A DNA stretch of 62,177 nucleotides, counting the filler, from Globobulimina sp. (lineage: Eukaryota): the NCBI GenBank assembly GCA_003354225.1. It is 32 parts of 32 records of this genome, joined end to end, with 100 filler letters (N's around TTAATTAATTAA, not from the genome) between each part and the next. Parts side by side here need not be neighbours in the genome. Positions count along the whole stretch, not along the records: positions 9,738 to 11,584 come from PIVH01011278.1; positions 11,685 to 13,531 come from PIVH01011279.1; positions 13,632 to 15,478 come from PIVH01011280.1; positions 15,579 to 17,425 come from PIVH01011281.1; positions 17,526 to 19,372 come from PIVH01011282.1; positions 19,473 to 21,319 come from PIVH01011283.1; positions 21,420 to 23,266 come from PIVH01011284.1; 25 more parts are not named here. One strand, written 5' to 3'. The position numbers were made by a program, and so were the translations under genes. The notes under the pieces are model-generated. The model worked only from the letters and a program-made list of their open reading frames with translations, was not told the origin of the DNA and did no database searches. Positions 11,445 to 23,366 of this stretch are shown here, one piece after another; position 1 is the stretch's first letter; every line of letters begins with the position of its first letter.

Positions 11445-11545
11445 TGTACTTTGCTTGTACTCGTTGGGTCCGAGTACATGAGTACATGGTGTACTCATGT
11501 ACGCTTGTACTCCTTTATACTCCTTTGTACTCCTTTATACTCCAT
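11445..11545. repeat. GTAC-rich palindromic repeat with a perfect 13-bp hairpin
   Basis: GTACATGAGTACA (11474-11486), TGG loop, TGTACTCATGTAC (11490-11502), followed by T(A/G)TACTCCTT repeats. Confidence 0.7.
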
Positions 11546-11976
11546 ATGATATTAAATAATGAGTTATTGGAAAATCACAAAACANNNNNNNNNNNNNNNN
11601 NNNNNNNNNNNNNNNNNNNNNNNNNNNNTTAATTAATTAANNNNNNNNNNNNNNNNNNNNNNNNNNNNNNNNNNNNNNNNNNNNTATAACTAGACTTGGT
11701 TTAAACGATACACTTTCTAAAAATTAATGGAACCCTTAACTAGACTGTGTTTGTTTTGTTTTGTTTGCCTTTTGTATTTGAGTAATATCCCTCTCTTTTT
11801 TTTGTTGTTTCATTATTAATATTTATTTTTTTATATAGTATAAAGTTCTATTTTTTCATTTTCTCGTTTCTGACTCCCATAAGAGTCCCATTGGTCAGTG
11901 TGATAAAAGTTGTTCGACAGTTTAAAGTTTTTGAAGACAGCAGTTGGAAAATCTTTTTTTACTGTGATTGTAAATA

Positions 11977-13029
11977 ATGGCTTCTTTCAAAAGTACTCGT
12001 CAATACAAATCAAAGTATAAACCTCGCCAACATGGAGATTGGTACAATAAAAAATCTTCGAAAAAACATAAAAAAGAAGAATTTATCATTCCCAATGACG
12101 ATCATTATTTTTATCAGAATATATCTCTTAGAAATGGGGAAACCATATTTTTCACTTCAACTTCAAAGAGGTATTGGTCACTCTCAAGGAAAGTAAACGG
12201 GGAAATACAAAATGTAAAAGGATCATTTAATAGCGTAATGCACCGATTATCACTTCAAATATCCTATGATTGTATGGTTGATGTTATTAAACAGTTACAA
12301 CGGAGCATCAAAAGAGACAACATTGATATGAAAGAAGTTAAATCAGTGCACATTTTAAGATTCTATCCGGCAATATTTATGTCGCAAATATGTAATGCAA
12401 ATGATAAGTCACTGTTAATTGTAGGATATAACAGAATAAATTGTAAGTATTATATTCCACATTCAGTCAATCAATTAGTCCAACAATATGTAGCATATTT
12501 AATTTACAATAAAAAAGATTATTATGTCGATATTCATTGTCAGGATATACAAAATTTTAATTGTAGCAATTATCAACGTATATCTTCAAAATATAATATG
12601 AGAATTATGGATTTTGCAATGAAATATGGACGCAAATATTCAGTGAGAGCCTGTTTAAATATGTTTGAAAAAGATCTGAAGCATTTTGATTGTATAAGGA
12701 TAGGAGTTACAAATAATCCGCAGAATATAATAAAAAACAAGCGTTGTTGTGATTTTATTAATGAGTTTTACCACGGATGGACGGAAAAAATTGGTGAGTA
12801 CCAAAGAAAATATGTTGTTGAAATGATTGTTGATTTGCAAAAAGAATCGAGATTAATTTTGACCAAACCTGTTCCTGTGACTCGTGAGGATCAACATTGT
12901 AAGCATCATAACCGGAGGTGTCATTATCATACGGCTGCTGATAATAATGCTAAACTTACCAAGCAAGTGGAATTTATAATGGATGTTAACAAAATGTATT
13001 ATCCTTTTGTTGCACTTATGACTTCTTGA
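11977..13029 (+). CDS. Hypothetical protein with LLIVGYxR...IP module
   Basis: 350-aa ATG ORF with a basic N-terminus; LLIVGYNRINCKYYIPHSVNQLV. Confidence 0.6.
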   Translation: MASFKSTRQYKSKYKPRQHGDWYNKKSSKKHKKEEFIIPNDDHYFYQNISLRNGETIFFTSTSKRYWSLSRKVNGEIQNVKGSFNSVMHRLSLQISYDCMVDVIKQLQRSIKRDNIDMKEVKSVHILRFYPAIFMSQICNANDKSLLIVGYNRINCKYYIPHSVNQLVQQYVAYLIYNKKDYYVDIHCQDIQNFNCSNYQRISSKYNMRIMDFAMKYGRKYSVRACLNMFEKDLKHFDCIRIGVTNNPQNIIKNKRCCDFINEFYHGWTEKIGEYQRKYVVEMIVDLQKESRLILTKPVPVTREDQHCKHHNRRCHYHTAADNNAKLTKQVEFIMDVNKMYYPFVALMTS

Positions 13030-13293
13030 ACTGCAATAGTTTGAAACACATTGTTTTTAGAATCCGCAAATTCGCAAGTCGTTTTGTTAGGAGATGGTGA
13101 TGACCTCTCCATAGGTTTTAACATTTTTCTAAAACGCAGTGTTTCAAACAGGTCCTATTCTAAAGTATTAACATTAAAATTAAAGTGAACTCGAGCTAAA
13201 ATTGCATTAAATTCTTTTCTTTGAATGGGCAGTTAATTCGGGTGCAAATATACTTTGGGCAGTTGATCAAATATAATTCGGGTGCAATAAAAC

Positions 13294-13531
13294 ATGACTA
13301 CTGAACTAAATCAATTCGATCAGGGTGGCAACACACCAGATACTGTAGCATTATTAATGGAAGAACCAACGGAATTAGGTGCACGTGGATGGAGTCGACA
13401 TAACGACCCGAAATTATCCGATCAAAAAAATGTATTGAATTTAGATAATCGTCATGTTCGATTAACATTATGGTGTTTAGTATATGTTGTGATTCAGCAA
13501 TTTGTGTTTTATCACGTACAAGTTGCGTTTT
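13294..13531 (+). CDS. 3'-partial hypothetical membrane protein
   Basis: ATG ORF running into the spacer with a hydrophobic segment. Confidence 0.45.
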
Positions 13532-13631
13532 NNNNNNNNNNNNNNNNNNNNNNNNNNNNNNNNNNNNNNNNNNNNTTAATTAATTAANNNNNNNNNNNNN
13601 NNNNNNNNNNNNNNNNNNNNNNNNNNNNNNN

Positions 13632-15453
13632 TACATCGATAAGAATGCAAACGAGGACAAAAAACGGATAAAACGACGCAAACCGAGATATGTGTTTGAA
13701 ATCTCCGCCAAAGCCTTGCATATTGTGATGGAATATCGATCGAAATTCCCCGGCGTGTTTCGCGTCATTCAGCAAAAACCGTCATTGGTCACCTTTGGTT
13801 CGCACTATTTTGCGCCGGACCAAATCCCTACAAATTTCAATCCGTACATTGTATCGCGAGTAGTGGGCGTGTCTCCCAATGGATTATCCAGCAATTTTCA
13901 AAATATCTTAGATTCTTTGAATGAAATTGAACAAAAAACTAACAATAACTCTGATAATGACGAAAATAACTCGGACACAAACAACGTAAATGATAATAAT
14001 GCAGCACATGCTTTGGATCATTCATCCGCTGTTTCGAATAAATGGAAACGCGATTTGATAGAGCCAGTTTTGCCAAAGACTGCGGATAATGATATGACTC
14101 AAAAAGTAGATGCAAATATATTGAGCATCAGAGATGCGTTCAAGGCCAAAATACACGCAGTGGCTGCAAATAACACAGACATTCATATAGTTAATGAGTC
14201 GGAGAATAACGATGAGGAGGATGAGGATGCAAAAAACAAAGAGAAAGAGATAAAGAATGGTGGCTTGCGATATGTGGTACTGTTCTATAACATTTATTTG
14301 CGTTTCTGAGAGTGTCACAGATTGCTTTTTATGACAGGTTCAAGTGCAACATTGGTTGCATAGATTGGACATAAATAAATTAGGATTGGTGGATGCGAAC
14401 AGTATCGTGGTTCCTATTGAGGCGTTGACAGAGATTGAAGAGGAAATTAATAAATTCCGCGCAGGTAAACCGCAGCAATATATCCGTTTGGAGAAGGTGG
14501 AAATCCATGATGTATATGCATCGGATCCGAAGGTGGCATGGTCGCCGACACCGCAAAGATTATGGAAATTAGGGGATAAATGTTGTTCATTGCGATCGGA
14601 CTCATCGGTGCCATTTGGTGCGACTGGCACTGTGATTGGGATTCATTCGTCTTTTTTAGAGATCTTAATGGATAAAGAATGCATTTGTGGCACGGATTTG
14701 TGTCATAAAGTTAGTCATTTAAAAGGCATAAAATTGGCGTATGACAATGTTTTGAATATTACCACTTCATTCCATTCCTATTCACATCATGACTTGATAC
14801 CAATTGATCAATTTCCAAAGTGTCAGAATATTGCTTCGGCAGTGAATACATATCCGTCGTACGGCAATACATCGTATCAAAGACATAGGAATAACAATAA
14901 TTATACATCGCAGTATAATAATAATAATAATAATTTGTATTCGAACCGGGATAAAAGAGGCGGGGATCGAGTTTACTATAAATATAAATCTGTGGATAAT
15001 GATAATAATAAAGGGAGAAATAATAATAATTATCGACGGAATAATAATAATAATCACTCAAAATATCGGCACCATCACTATTCACAGAGATATTCAAATA
15101 ATAATAACAATCAACCAAAATATCGGCAATCACAAAAGAATCATAATCATCATAATAATAATAATAAGTCGAATAATGTGAGTAATAATAATGTGAGCAA
15201 TAATAATGAGCAGCAACAAATTTTATTGACCGATAATAGGAATAGACACAGAACATCGCCGGTGTATGGCAGTGTTAATCAGAACAATAGGAATAGAGCA
15301 CAGACACAAACACAAAGACAGACCCAACCGCAGCAAAATAATGATATAATGAAATTTCAACAATTTCAAAATTTTATTGTGCAACAGGCACATTATACTG
15401 CTCCTGATAACTATATTGAAAAGAATAATAATTTGAATTCAAATGTTGAATGA
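13632..15453 (+). CDS. XRN1: 5'-3' exoribonuclease XRN1 C-terminal part (intron about 14277-14337)
   Basis: WKLGDKCCSLRSDSSVPFGATGTVIGI...EILMDKECICGTDL matches the Xrn1 SH3-like domain; N/Q/R-rich disordered tail. Confidence 0.75.
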
Positions 15454-15578
15454 CGCAAAAATATAAATGATTTTCAGANNNNNNNNNNNNNNNNNNNNNN
15501 NNNNNNNNNNNNNNNNNNNNNNTTAATTAATTAANNNNNNNNNNNNNNNNNNNNNNNNNNNNNNNNNNNNNNNNNNNN

Positions 15579-16305
15579 AATTACTATTATTCAGGGCAAT
15601 TGAGCGCTTATTTGGTGCAAACCATTCATATCTTGCTTGTAATGATAATGATTCGATATTGCTGAACCTCTCCATGGATATCCACCTCTTTTCATGTTGA
15701 TAATAGGCCCAAAATACATGTAAGAATTGGTTGTAATTCATACATTCCACACTGGCGGGCATACGCGCGATCATACACAAGTACCGGCTGCATTTCTCAA
15801 ATTGAATCAATTCCTTAAACTCTAAAAAATGGCAGATTGCATTTAAAGTATCAACGTGGAGCTCATCCAGCTTCAACTTACAATTCTTATTATTAATATT
15901 TAGTGTTTTTTTTACTTGCAATCGGTTGTCAGTATCACTGTTCATCTCAGTATCTAAGGTCTGTAATAATGAATCAATTGCAATGATTGGCTTGCTACAG
16001 TTGGTAATGTCGAGTATTTGTTTTGGATGATTGCTGTTAATATTACTCACTGTGTCGAATATTGTTTTTTCATATTGCATTTGTATTGAATATACCTTGA
16101 GAGACGCCAATTTAATAAGTGATCGAACTTTGTTCAACGAGGTAGTTTTATTAATGCCATATAAACCTTTCCATAAAATTTCTGTCATTAATTCTCTGCC
16201 AATTTCATTTGCTAATTCAACCAGTAATTGATTCCATTCTTTTGTAGGTAATGATTGACATAAATGCATTAAATACATCAACGAACCTAAGAAATCGGAC
16301 GACAT
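15579..16305 (-). CDS. F-box-like domain protein, 3'-partial
   Basis: LDELHVDTLNAICHFLEFKELIQFEKCSRYL is an F-box-like pattern. Confidence 0.55.
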
Positions 16306-16514
16306 TGTGTAAGTGTGTTTTTTTGTTTCTTTCTGTGAAGAGAGAAATTGAAATTATCGAAGATTCGCAGAGAGCGCACCGTATCTGAGCTGGAATGGAA
16401 GGAAAATATATTAAAAATAATGTTAAAAGAGTCGCACTTGGTTTCTTAGTGAACATTTTAAGGTTTTTCATAAAATGTTAAAAACGAAAACTAAAACTCA
16501 TTTTCTAGCGCATC

Positions 16515-17425
16515 ATGTCAGCTGTCGTCACTCTGTTATTTTCAATCGTACTTCCAAATATTGCTCAATCTGAAAATTGTGAACCAGATGGTTCATCCGC
16601 GAGTTATTCAGAGACAATAAATAATAATGACATTCGTATCATTACATCGTCGGGCTGTCCAAATCATCCTCATCCAAATGCTGGTGGTGGTGTGGCCGAA
16701 TTCGCAACAGATCAACAAAAAACAATCCGAATTCCAGCAATACCGTGTTTTAATGAAAACGGTGATTATGATATAACTACAACCGGCGGACCTGTTGGCA
16801 TCACATTAAACGGCGCAGCAATATATACCGCATGGGGTGGTTTTCTAGGAAGTGATGCTATTTATTCAGAAGTGATTGAATTTGATGGCTGTGGTGGTCA
16901 TAGTACCTCGCAAGGCACCTATCATTATCACATGTCGCCTTCGTGCTTATTACATCAATTGAATGATTGGTCAAACATAAAGATATTACACAATGTCAAT
17001 CAATATCATTCGCCGCAGATTGGTTGGGCATATGATGGGTTTCCGGTTTTTGGACCTCACGGATCTAACGGTTTGTATACACGGCCATGTACCCATCAAC
17101 AGAAGAATATTAATGAATGTCTTGATTCCTGTAATGGTCATACTCATGATATTGGTGCTGGCTTTGGACAATTATATCATTATCATATCACTGGTATGTT
17201 TTGTTTTTTTTGTGATTGGTTGTGTGTGTATCTATGTTGTATATTTTATCCAGGCCCCGTTGGTGATTTAGCAGCTGCAGATTTGCATAGTGAGATTGAG
17301 CCATCATTGGATATGTTTCCATATACTATTGGTTGTTTGAAGGGTGTTCCATTCAAATGGAGTAACATTGCTGGTGCTGCTCAAGTGACGGATCAATGTG
17401 ACACCGCTAATCCTGCAGTTACAGC
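16515..17425 (+). CDS. Secreted YHYH-domain protein, 3'-partial (intron 17194-17253)
   Basis: Signal peptide, GCPNH, VGITLNG, DGCGGH, YHYH twice, SPQIGWAYDGFPVFG, FPYTIGC. Confidence 0.85.
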
Positions 17426-17525
17426 NNNNNNNNNNNNNNNNNNNNNNNNNNNNNNNNNNNNNNNNNNNNTTAATTAATTAANNNNNNNNNNNNNNNNNNN
17501 NNNNNNNNNNNNNNNNNNNNNNNNN

Positions 17526-19372
17526 AGACGCATAGCCAGACCCAACTGGAACCTTCCCGGTTACACCTTAATCGCCCACAAATCCCCCAATCGCTCCAAC
17601 AATCCTGCCAACATAGGCGGCATCATAATATATAAAAAAAGAGAATTGAAGAATAAAATATGTTATATTCAGAAAACTAGAGGGCTGGACACAGTTTGGA
17701 TATCCATCACATTTGAGTCCCAAACCAAACCCACTTACATCTCGGTCAATTACGTACGACCTCACAGCACAAAAACCAGCGAACGCAGCTCCAAATTCTA
17801 TAACAAACTAACGACCGACATTCAGCGATTTAAGCCACATTGTGAGAACATCTTTGTAATTGGTGATTTTAATGCCAGATTGGGCGCTGAAACCACAGAC
17901 CATAATACAAACGGCCACTATCGCCATATGAAATCCTTATTGATGAGCACCAATCTCCGTATTGCCAATCCGATATTCGCCCCCTATTTCCTCACCTGCC
18001 TCTCAAAAGATGCTGCACATACTGGCGGCTCCATAATTGATTATGTTATGACTGAGAAACTAAACTCCATCAACTCCCTGAAAGTGGATACCAACCCGAT
18101 TTTCACAGACCACAGGCCTGTCATATTTGCCCTGAACAACACCAAATGCAATGTCACCTACGCGGACCAACACTTTATTCTTCGAGCCTATGACCCAAAA
18201 AAGCGGCTAACACAGATACACAGGAAAATAATAGCGGATCGCCTCCCACATCTACAGAAATTCAGCACAGGCAATGAGTGTTACACCAGCTCTGCTGATC
18301 GAGACTTTATATCCAACATTGTTTCCCTGTGTGTAATGTATACAATGCATCTGGCAACGATCAAAGCGTTCGGCGTTTCTGACTTTGAATCCATCAGCAA
18401 ATGGTCAGATTCGTCCATAAAAAGAATCAATCTCAATATCAAACAGAACTGCCTAAACAACACAAATAATGAATATCAAAAAGGCTCAGATATCCTCCAT
18501 GATGCACGCCAGATCTATGAGCAGGACAAAATTGATAATCTTCGCAGAAATACTGTCAATTTTGGCAATCTAAGCCATTGCCAGAAACTCAAAAGATTCA
18601 AATCCATGAATAGAAGCTTAGATCTAATTGAAGATGAGCCATTTCTGCGATATAACGGCTCCCTCGTCTCCAAAAATAGAGCATTGTCGGAGCATTTTGC
18701 AAACATAAATGGCCCAATAAATGACCCCATCTCCAATACCCACATCCATGACATAAATAACTTCAATGTGGACCTGAATAAATTTGTCCATAATCCCATC
18801 ACGTTCATACCAAATAAACCAAGCAGTGATGATCCAGACAGTTCTGAAAATCATCTCCTGCTGCCACCTCCGCTTGAACCAACCAATAATAGCTTAGAAA
18901 CTTGGCTCCCACAAAATGAAACCATTAACACCCCTCACTATAATCCAAACTCTATCGATGTCAATGATGGCCTACAAAATGAAATGTTTGCCATTGAACA
19001 CCAATTATCCCATGAAATCCCCTGTGGTGAAGAGAACAGTGACGACTCCGACAATGATGTCATCATAAACATGCCATGCATCACTCCAGGAAATAACCCC
19101 TTGCCAACCAATACTCCCCCACATAATCCGCACTGCAGCAATGAGTCTGACGATACCGATGATGGCCGTGCAAAATATTCCTCTGTGGAAATGGCTATGC
19201 AATTTGCCAATGCTAATTCTGCCCCGGGTTACGATGGCATCAAATCCAAGCATCTCCACCTAAACAATGATATAATTAACCAGCTACTATGCATAATGTT
19301 TAATATTTGGAGCTCTACGTACACGATCCCCTATTATTGCCGCCTAGGTTCTATTATCTCGATCTTAAAAAC
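17526..19372 (+). mobile_element. Non-LTR (LINE) retrotransposon ORF2 fragment: APE endonuclease and start of the RT region
   Basis: Open across the whole contig; GGIIIY, GDFNAR, IDYVM, TDHRPV, NSAPGYDGI; intronless and C-richer than neighbouring contigs. Confidence 0.9.
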
Positions 19373-19472
19373 NNNNNNNNNNNNNNNNNNNNNNNNNNNN
19401 NNNNNNNNNNNNNNNNTTAATTAATTAANNNNNNNNNNNNNNNNNNNNNNNNNNNNNNNNNNNNNNNNNNNN

Positions 19473-19543
19473 CCAACAAGCAAACCAGCACCAAAGCCAA
19501 CTGCTCAAACAACAGTTGCATTTGGTGGATTTGAAGATGATTA
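19473..19543 (+). CDS. 3' end of an unknown gene (..PKPTAQTTVAFGGFEDD*)
   Basis: Open frame from the contig start to TAA, followed by AT-rich UTR-like sequence. Confidence 0.4.
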
Positions 19544-20107
19544 AATAAAAAAATATTTGTAAATATAAATAATATTTCTTACTTTTGTAATTTTTTTTTT
19601 TCTTTTCCTTTTCAATGCAAAGACTTTATTTATTGGTTATTTTATTGCATTGTATATTCCAATATAATTATGTAACATATAATATTTCATATTTTTTGTA
19701 ATATAATTGAATAAATTTTAAAGAGTATGAACGCATTTGACCATAACTGTAATATACTATTTGAGCAGTTATAGGCAAATGTTTTCATGCACTTAATTCC
19801 GATCAACAATGTTTAGATCTATATAATTGTCAATTAAATATTATTAGGGAAAGTACCACAAAATGTTGCTTTTTCAGTCAAAGGAACATCAATTACAATA
19901 AATATATGCATTAAAAAATTCAACAAAACTCTCTGTATAAGATGGGAAACCTATATAATTTTTGCCAATAAAAATCTGACGCTGAAAACAGGATACTCAC
20001 TGATATAATCAAACAATTATGCGATAAATCTGAAAACAGGACAGTTGAGGCGTTTCAAATTGAAAAAATCAAAAATATGCAAATTAAACAAATTATTAAA
20101 TTGTGAA

Positions 20108-21069
20108 TCACATCACACCAGTCGTCTGTTCTTGGGAGTGACCATTGACCAATATAATGCCACTAACTATAGAGAATGCAATGACAAAGCAAAATAAACA
20201 ATACACCATTTGTTTCGAACCTTGTTCTGTTGTATTGGCTTCTTCATTGTTGCTATCAATGTTTGCGTTCTGATCAGTGCCTTCGTTAGTTCCTAAAATT
20301 AGTGGTAAAAGATCCACCAACATTATGTATAAAAATAAGCCAGTTAATAAACAATGGCCGTAAACATGAATCATCAAATTGTGATTTCTTGTAATTCCAA
20401 AATTATACGCTGTAACAGCAGCAATTGGGACAAATAAATCCGTACAGAATCGTAAAAATATTGCCTTTTCTTTTCCTATCCCCAAATTGACATAAATTGC
20501 TAACTGACCCAAGGCGTGCGTGAGTTCATGAAAAAATAATGGAACAGCAGTTGTAGGATGAAATCCGATCATTATGCCATCGATTACATTATGGATTATG
20601 GTTGCAAACATTATTGCTTTTGCTGTACTTGGTATAGAGCAAAACGAGGCAATTTGTTTATTAATTGTCTGATTCGTTATTGATTGGTTTGTTTTGTTCA
20701 AATTATGATTATGATCATCTACATCCAGTAGCTCTAATAACGCTGAAATTGTCATTCCTAATAAAATAACACAGCTGAAAATTATACATTGTGTTTTAAT
20801 AGATTTCAATTCTGCAATTTGATGAAATGTGGTTGGGATTACCTCAATGAATAAAAACGCACAAATAGTGCCAAGGCTGCACGCGAACATTTGTTTATCC
20901 CATTTGACAATCCACTTTTTGGGTACTCCAAACGCAATGAATGTCGGCGATATGAGCTGGATAATTTAAACAATTTATTTTTGATTGTTTACACAAATCG
21001 AATATACAAACATACCACAAAAGAGCATCCTAATACAAATCCAAATGAATGAGTGGTATTCGAATCCAT
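20108..21069 (-). CDS. ZIP (SLC39) metal transporter (intron 20957-21015)
   Basis: HNVIDGIMIG and FFHELTHALG motifs, His-containing loop, GLFLYIMLVDLLP; the upstream ATG exon splices in frame. Confidence 0.85.
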
Positions 21070-21752
21070 GGTTTGTTAATTTTAAGTTACTGACTAAAGA
21101 AATAATTAAATTTAATAATTCAAAATTTTCCTATTCGCCGTCAAGTAGCTGACTCACTATAATCCAACAAGGATTGAGTGGTCTTTTTATTCTATACTAG
21201 TAAAAGTGAGAAAAATAACAGTCAATTTGCATTGGCCATAACTAGATAAAATCATAAATGAGTTATAAAAAAGTCTACGATGTCATTGTTTATTTCCCTT
21301 TTTATTTTTGCCTTTATTCNNNNNNNNNNNNNNNNNNNNNNNNNNNNNNNNNNNNNNNNNNNNTTAATTAATTAANNNNNNNNNNNNNNNNNNNNNNNNN
21401 NNNNNNNNNNNNNNNNNNNGAATGGAATGTATCTAAAATAGTTGTTATTTCTCCCATAATTGCAGTCAATTCAACAACCATCATATCTCTCAAAATTATA
21501 ATCAATATCCGTTGTTTTACGCTGATGGTATTAACGCCCATTTAATATACACAAAATTCCTTCCGTGATTTGCACCGCCAAATACATACAAATGCAATCA
21601 CATCAACCTCATTAGTTATGTATTAATATAATACTACATGAGAGTGATTTTTCCAGGATCCTAGCATATGAAAGAAGAGACAAGATACGAGAAGTTGAGA
21701 ACTAGAGTGCAAGGATACTAATTCCAGCACAAATAAATTAATTAAAATACAG

Positions 21753-23216
21753 TTAATGTCCATTCCCATTTGTTTTATTTCTATCAATTTGAAGATCAGA
21801 CGTCTTATTTAAGAAATATGCAGCGACCGACGCAATGACTAATAAGACCGAAGCTAAAATAAATACATTTTTGGAGCCTAACTCATCAATATACCACAAT
21901 ACAATCACCACAATAATATTCAATGGAATTCTAAAAATATTCATAATGGTCGCCCGTGCATTATCGGGTACGTATTTACTTCGTAAACCACCAATAGTCG
22001 GGAAATAAACACCAACGCAACACTCAAATATAATAAACATAAATAGCCGCCACTCATAACTCTCTGTATATGGCACATACAACAAAGCAAACGCTCCAAT
22101 CACACATAAAAACACTGCAATTTTCTCACTCTTCCATTGGAAAAAGCCAGTTTCTTTGCTCAAAATACCACTCAATGTCGTACCAACTAAACAAGCTTCC
22201 ATAAATACTGCAAAAATTATGCCATGATCAATATCCAAGCCATCCCGGCACGATTCCAATGCCATGGTCCACATAAACACAAACAAATACATCGCAGATT
22301 CAAAGCCAGATTGAATAGCGCCCACTGCCAAAATCCGAGCGTCATTTTTAAATAAATCAAACGCTGAAAGCAAGGAAGCCTTTAAGTCAAGCCGTGTATC
22401 CCCAAAATTCTCTTGCTTCCATTTCAAATTTATCATAAAACAGGCAATCATTAATGTCACTGCAGAACAATCAAATGCTGCGATCTCCGACGGTCCATCA
22501 ACGATAATATTATGTCGCTCATAATAGGAGACTGCGTAAGAGGTTATAATGCCCGCTAAGATGGCAATGAATGAGTTTAAGGACCAGGCTTTCTCGAAAG
22601 TATCACCTAATTTGGACGCTGGGTAAGCATGGCAATGATGGTTAGTTACCATCCATGCTTCAAAACAACTAAATAGTATCGATGTGGATACGCCACCTAA
22701 AAAACGACCAATTAATAAGATATTGTAATTATGGAAATGTTTGGTTGCACAACATAATGCATAGAAAATACAAAATAAAATGCACATTTTTTTGCGACCG
22801 AACTTGTCGGCTAAACTCCCGATGAATGCGCCGGTGAGCCCCGAGGTGCCAAACCCGATTATGAATAAGATGGCAATGTCTAAGGTAGGGATATTGTACG
22901 AAGCATATAATTTATAGACATAAGGACCCTGCATCCAATCTGCTAACATTACTAAGAGAAATATGATAATATACCAGCGTTGGAATAGGGCAAATTCTTT
23001 TAATTTTGTTGTATCGTTTGTGGTGTCTTCATGACCACTATTTTGATTTGGTAATAATTGTTTGGATTCAATTGAGGTTTTGTTTGCTGACTTTGGTATC
23101 GATGGTGTAAGCAATCGAGGTAAGTATTTTAGTGTGAATGTAATCACTAATAATGCAATAACCCACATATAATAGCTCTCCATGTCCCAAGCCTTAGTCA
23201 GAAGTACCATTTGCAA
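21753..23216 (-). CDS. MFSD5: Molybdate-anion transporter (MFSD5/MOT2)
   Basis: ADWMQGPYVYKLY, GSLADKFGRK, GRFLGGVSTSILFSCFEAW, FESAMYLFVFMWT, RATIMNIFRIPLN. Confidence 0.9.
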   Translation of the reverse strand: MQMVLLTKAWDMESYYMWVIALLVITFTLKYLPRLLTPSIPKSANKTSIESKQLLPNQNSGHEDTTNDTTKLKEFALFQRWYIIIFLLVMLADWMQGPYVYKLYASYNIPTLDIAILFIIGFGTSGLTGAFIGSLADKFGRKKMCILFCIFYALCCATKHFHNYNILLIGRFLGGVSTSILFSCFEAWMVTNHHCHAYPASKLGDTFEKAWSLNSFIAILAGIITSYAVSYYERHNIIVDGPSEIAAFDCSAVTLMIACFMINLKWKQENFGDTRLDLKASLLSAFDLFKNDARILAVGAIQSGFESAMYLFVFMWTMALESCRDGLDIDHGIIFAVFMEACLVGTTLSGILSKETGFFQWKSEKIAVFLCVIGAFALLYVPYTESYEWRLFMFIIFECCVGVYFPTIGGLRSKYVPDNARATIMNIFRIPLNIIVVIVLWYIDELGSKNVFILASVLLVIASVAAYFLNKTSDLQIDRNKTNGNGH

Positions 23217-23366
23217 AAATTAAAAAAAACAGTAAATTATTTATTGTTAAGCATCTTTTTTTTTCTNNNNNNNNNNNNNNNNNNNNNNNNNNNNNNNNNN
23301 NNNNNNNNNNTTAATTAATTAANNNNNNNNNNNNNNNNNNNNNNNNNNNNNNNNNNNNNNNNNNNN

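Noticed and set aside
13020-13100. Possible readthrough or frameshift extension of ORF 11977-13029
   Set aside because: A short open alternative frame exists, but no recognisable homology supports it.
14759-15256. Tyr-rich and Ile-rich ORFs
   Set aside because: Antisense or alternate-frame shadows of AAT (Asn) repeats in the XRN1 tail.
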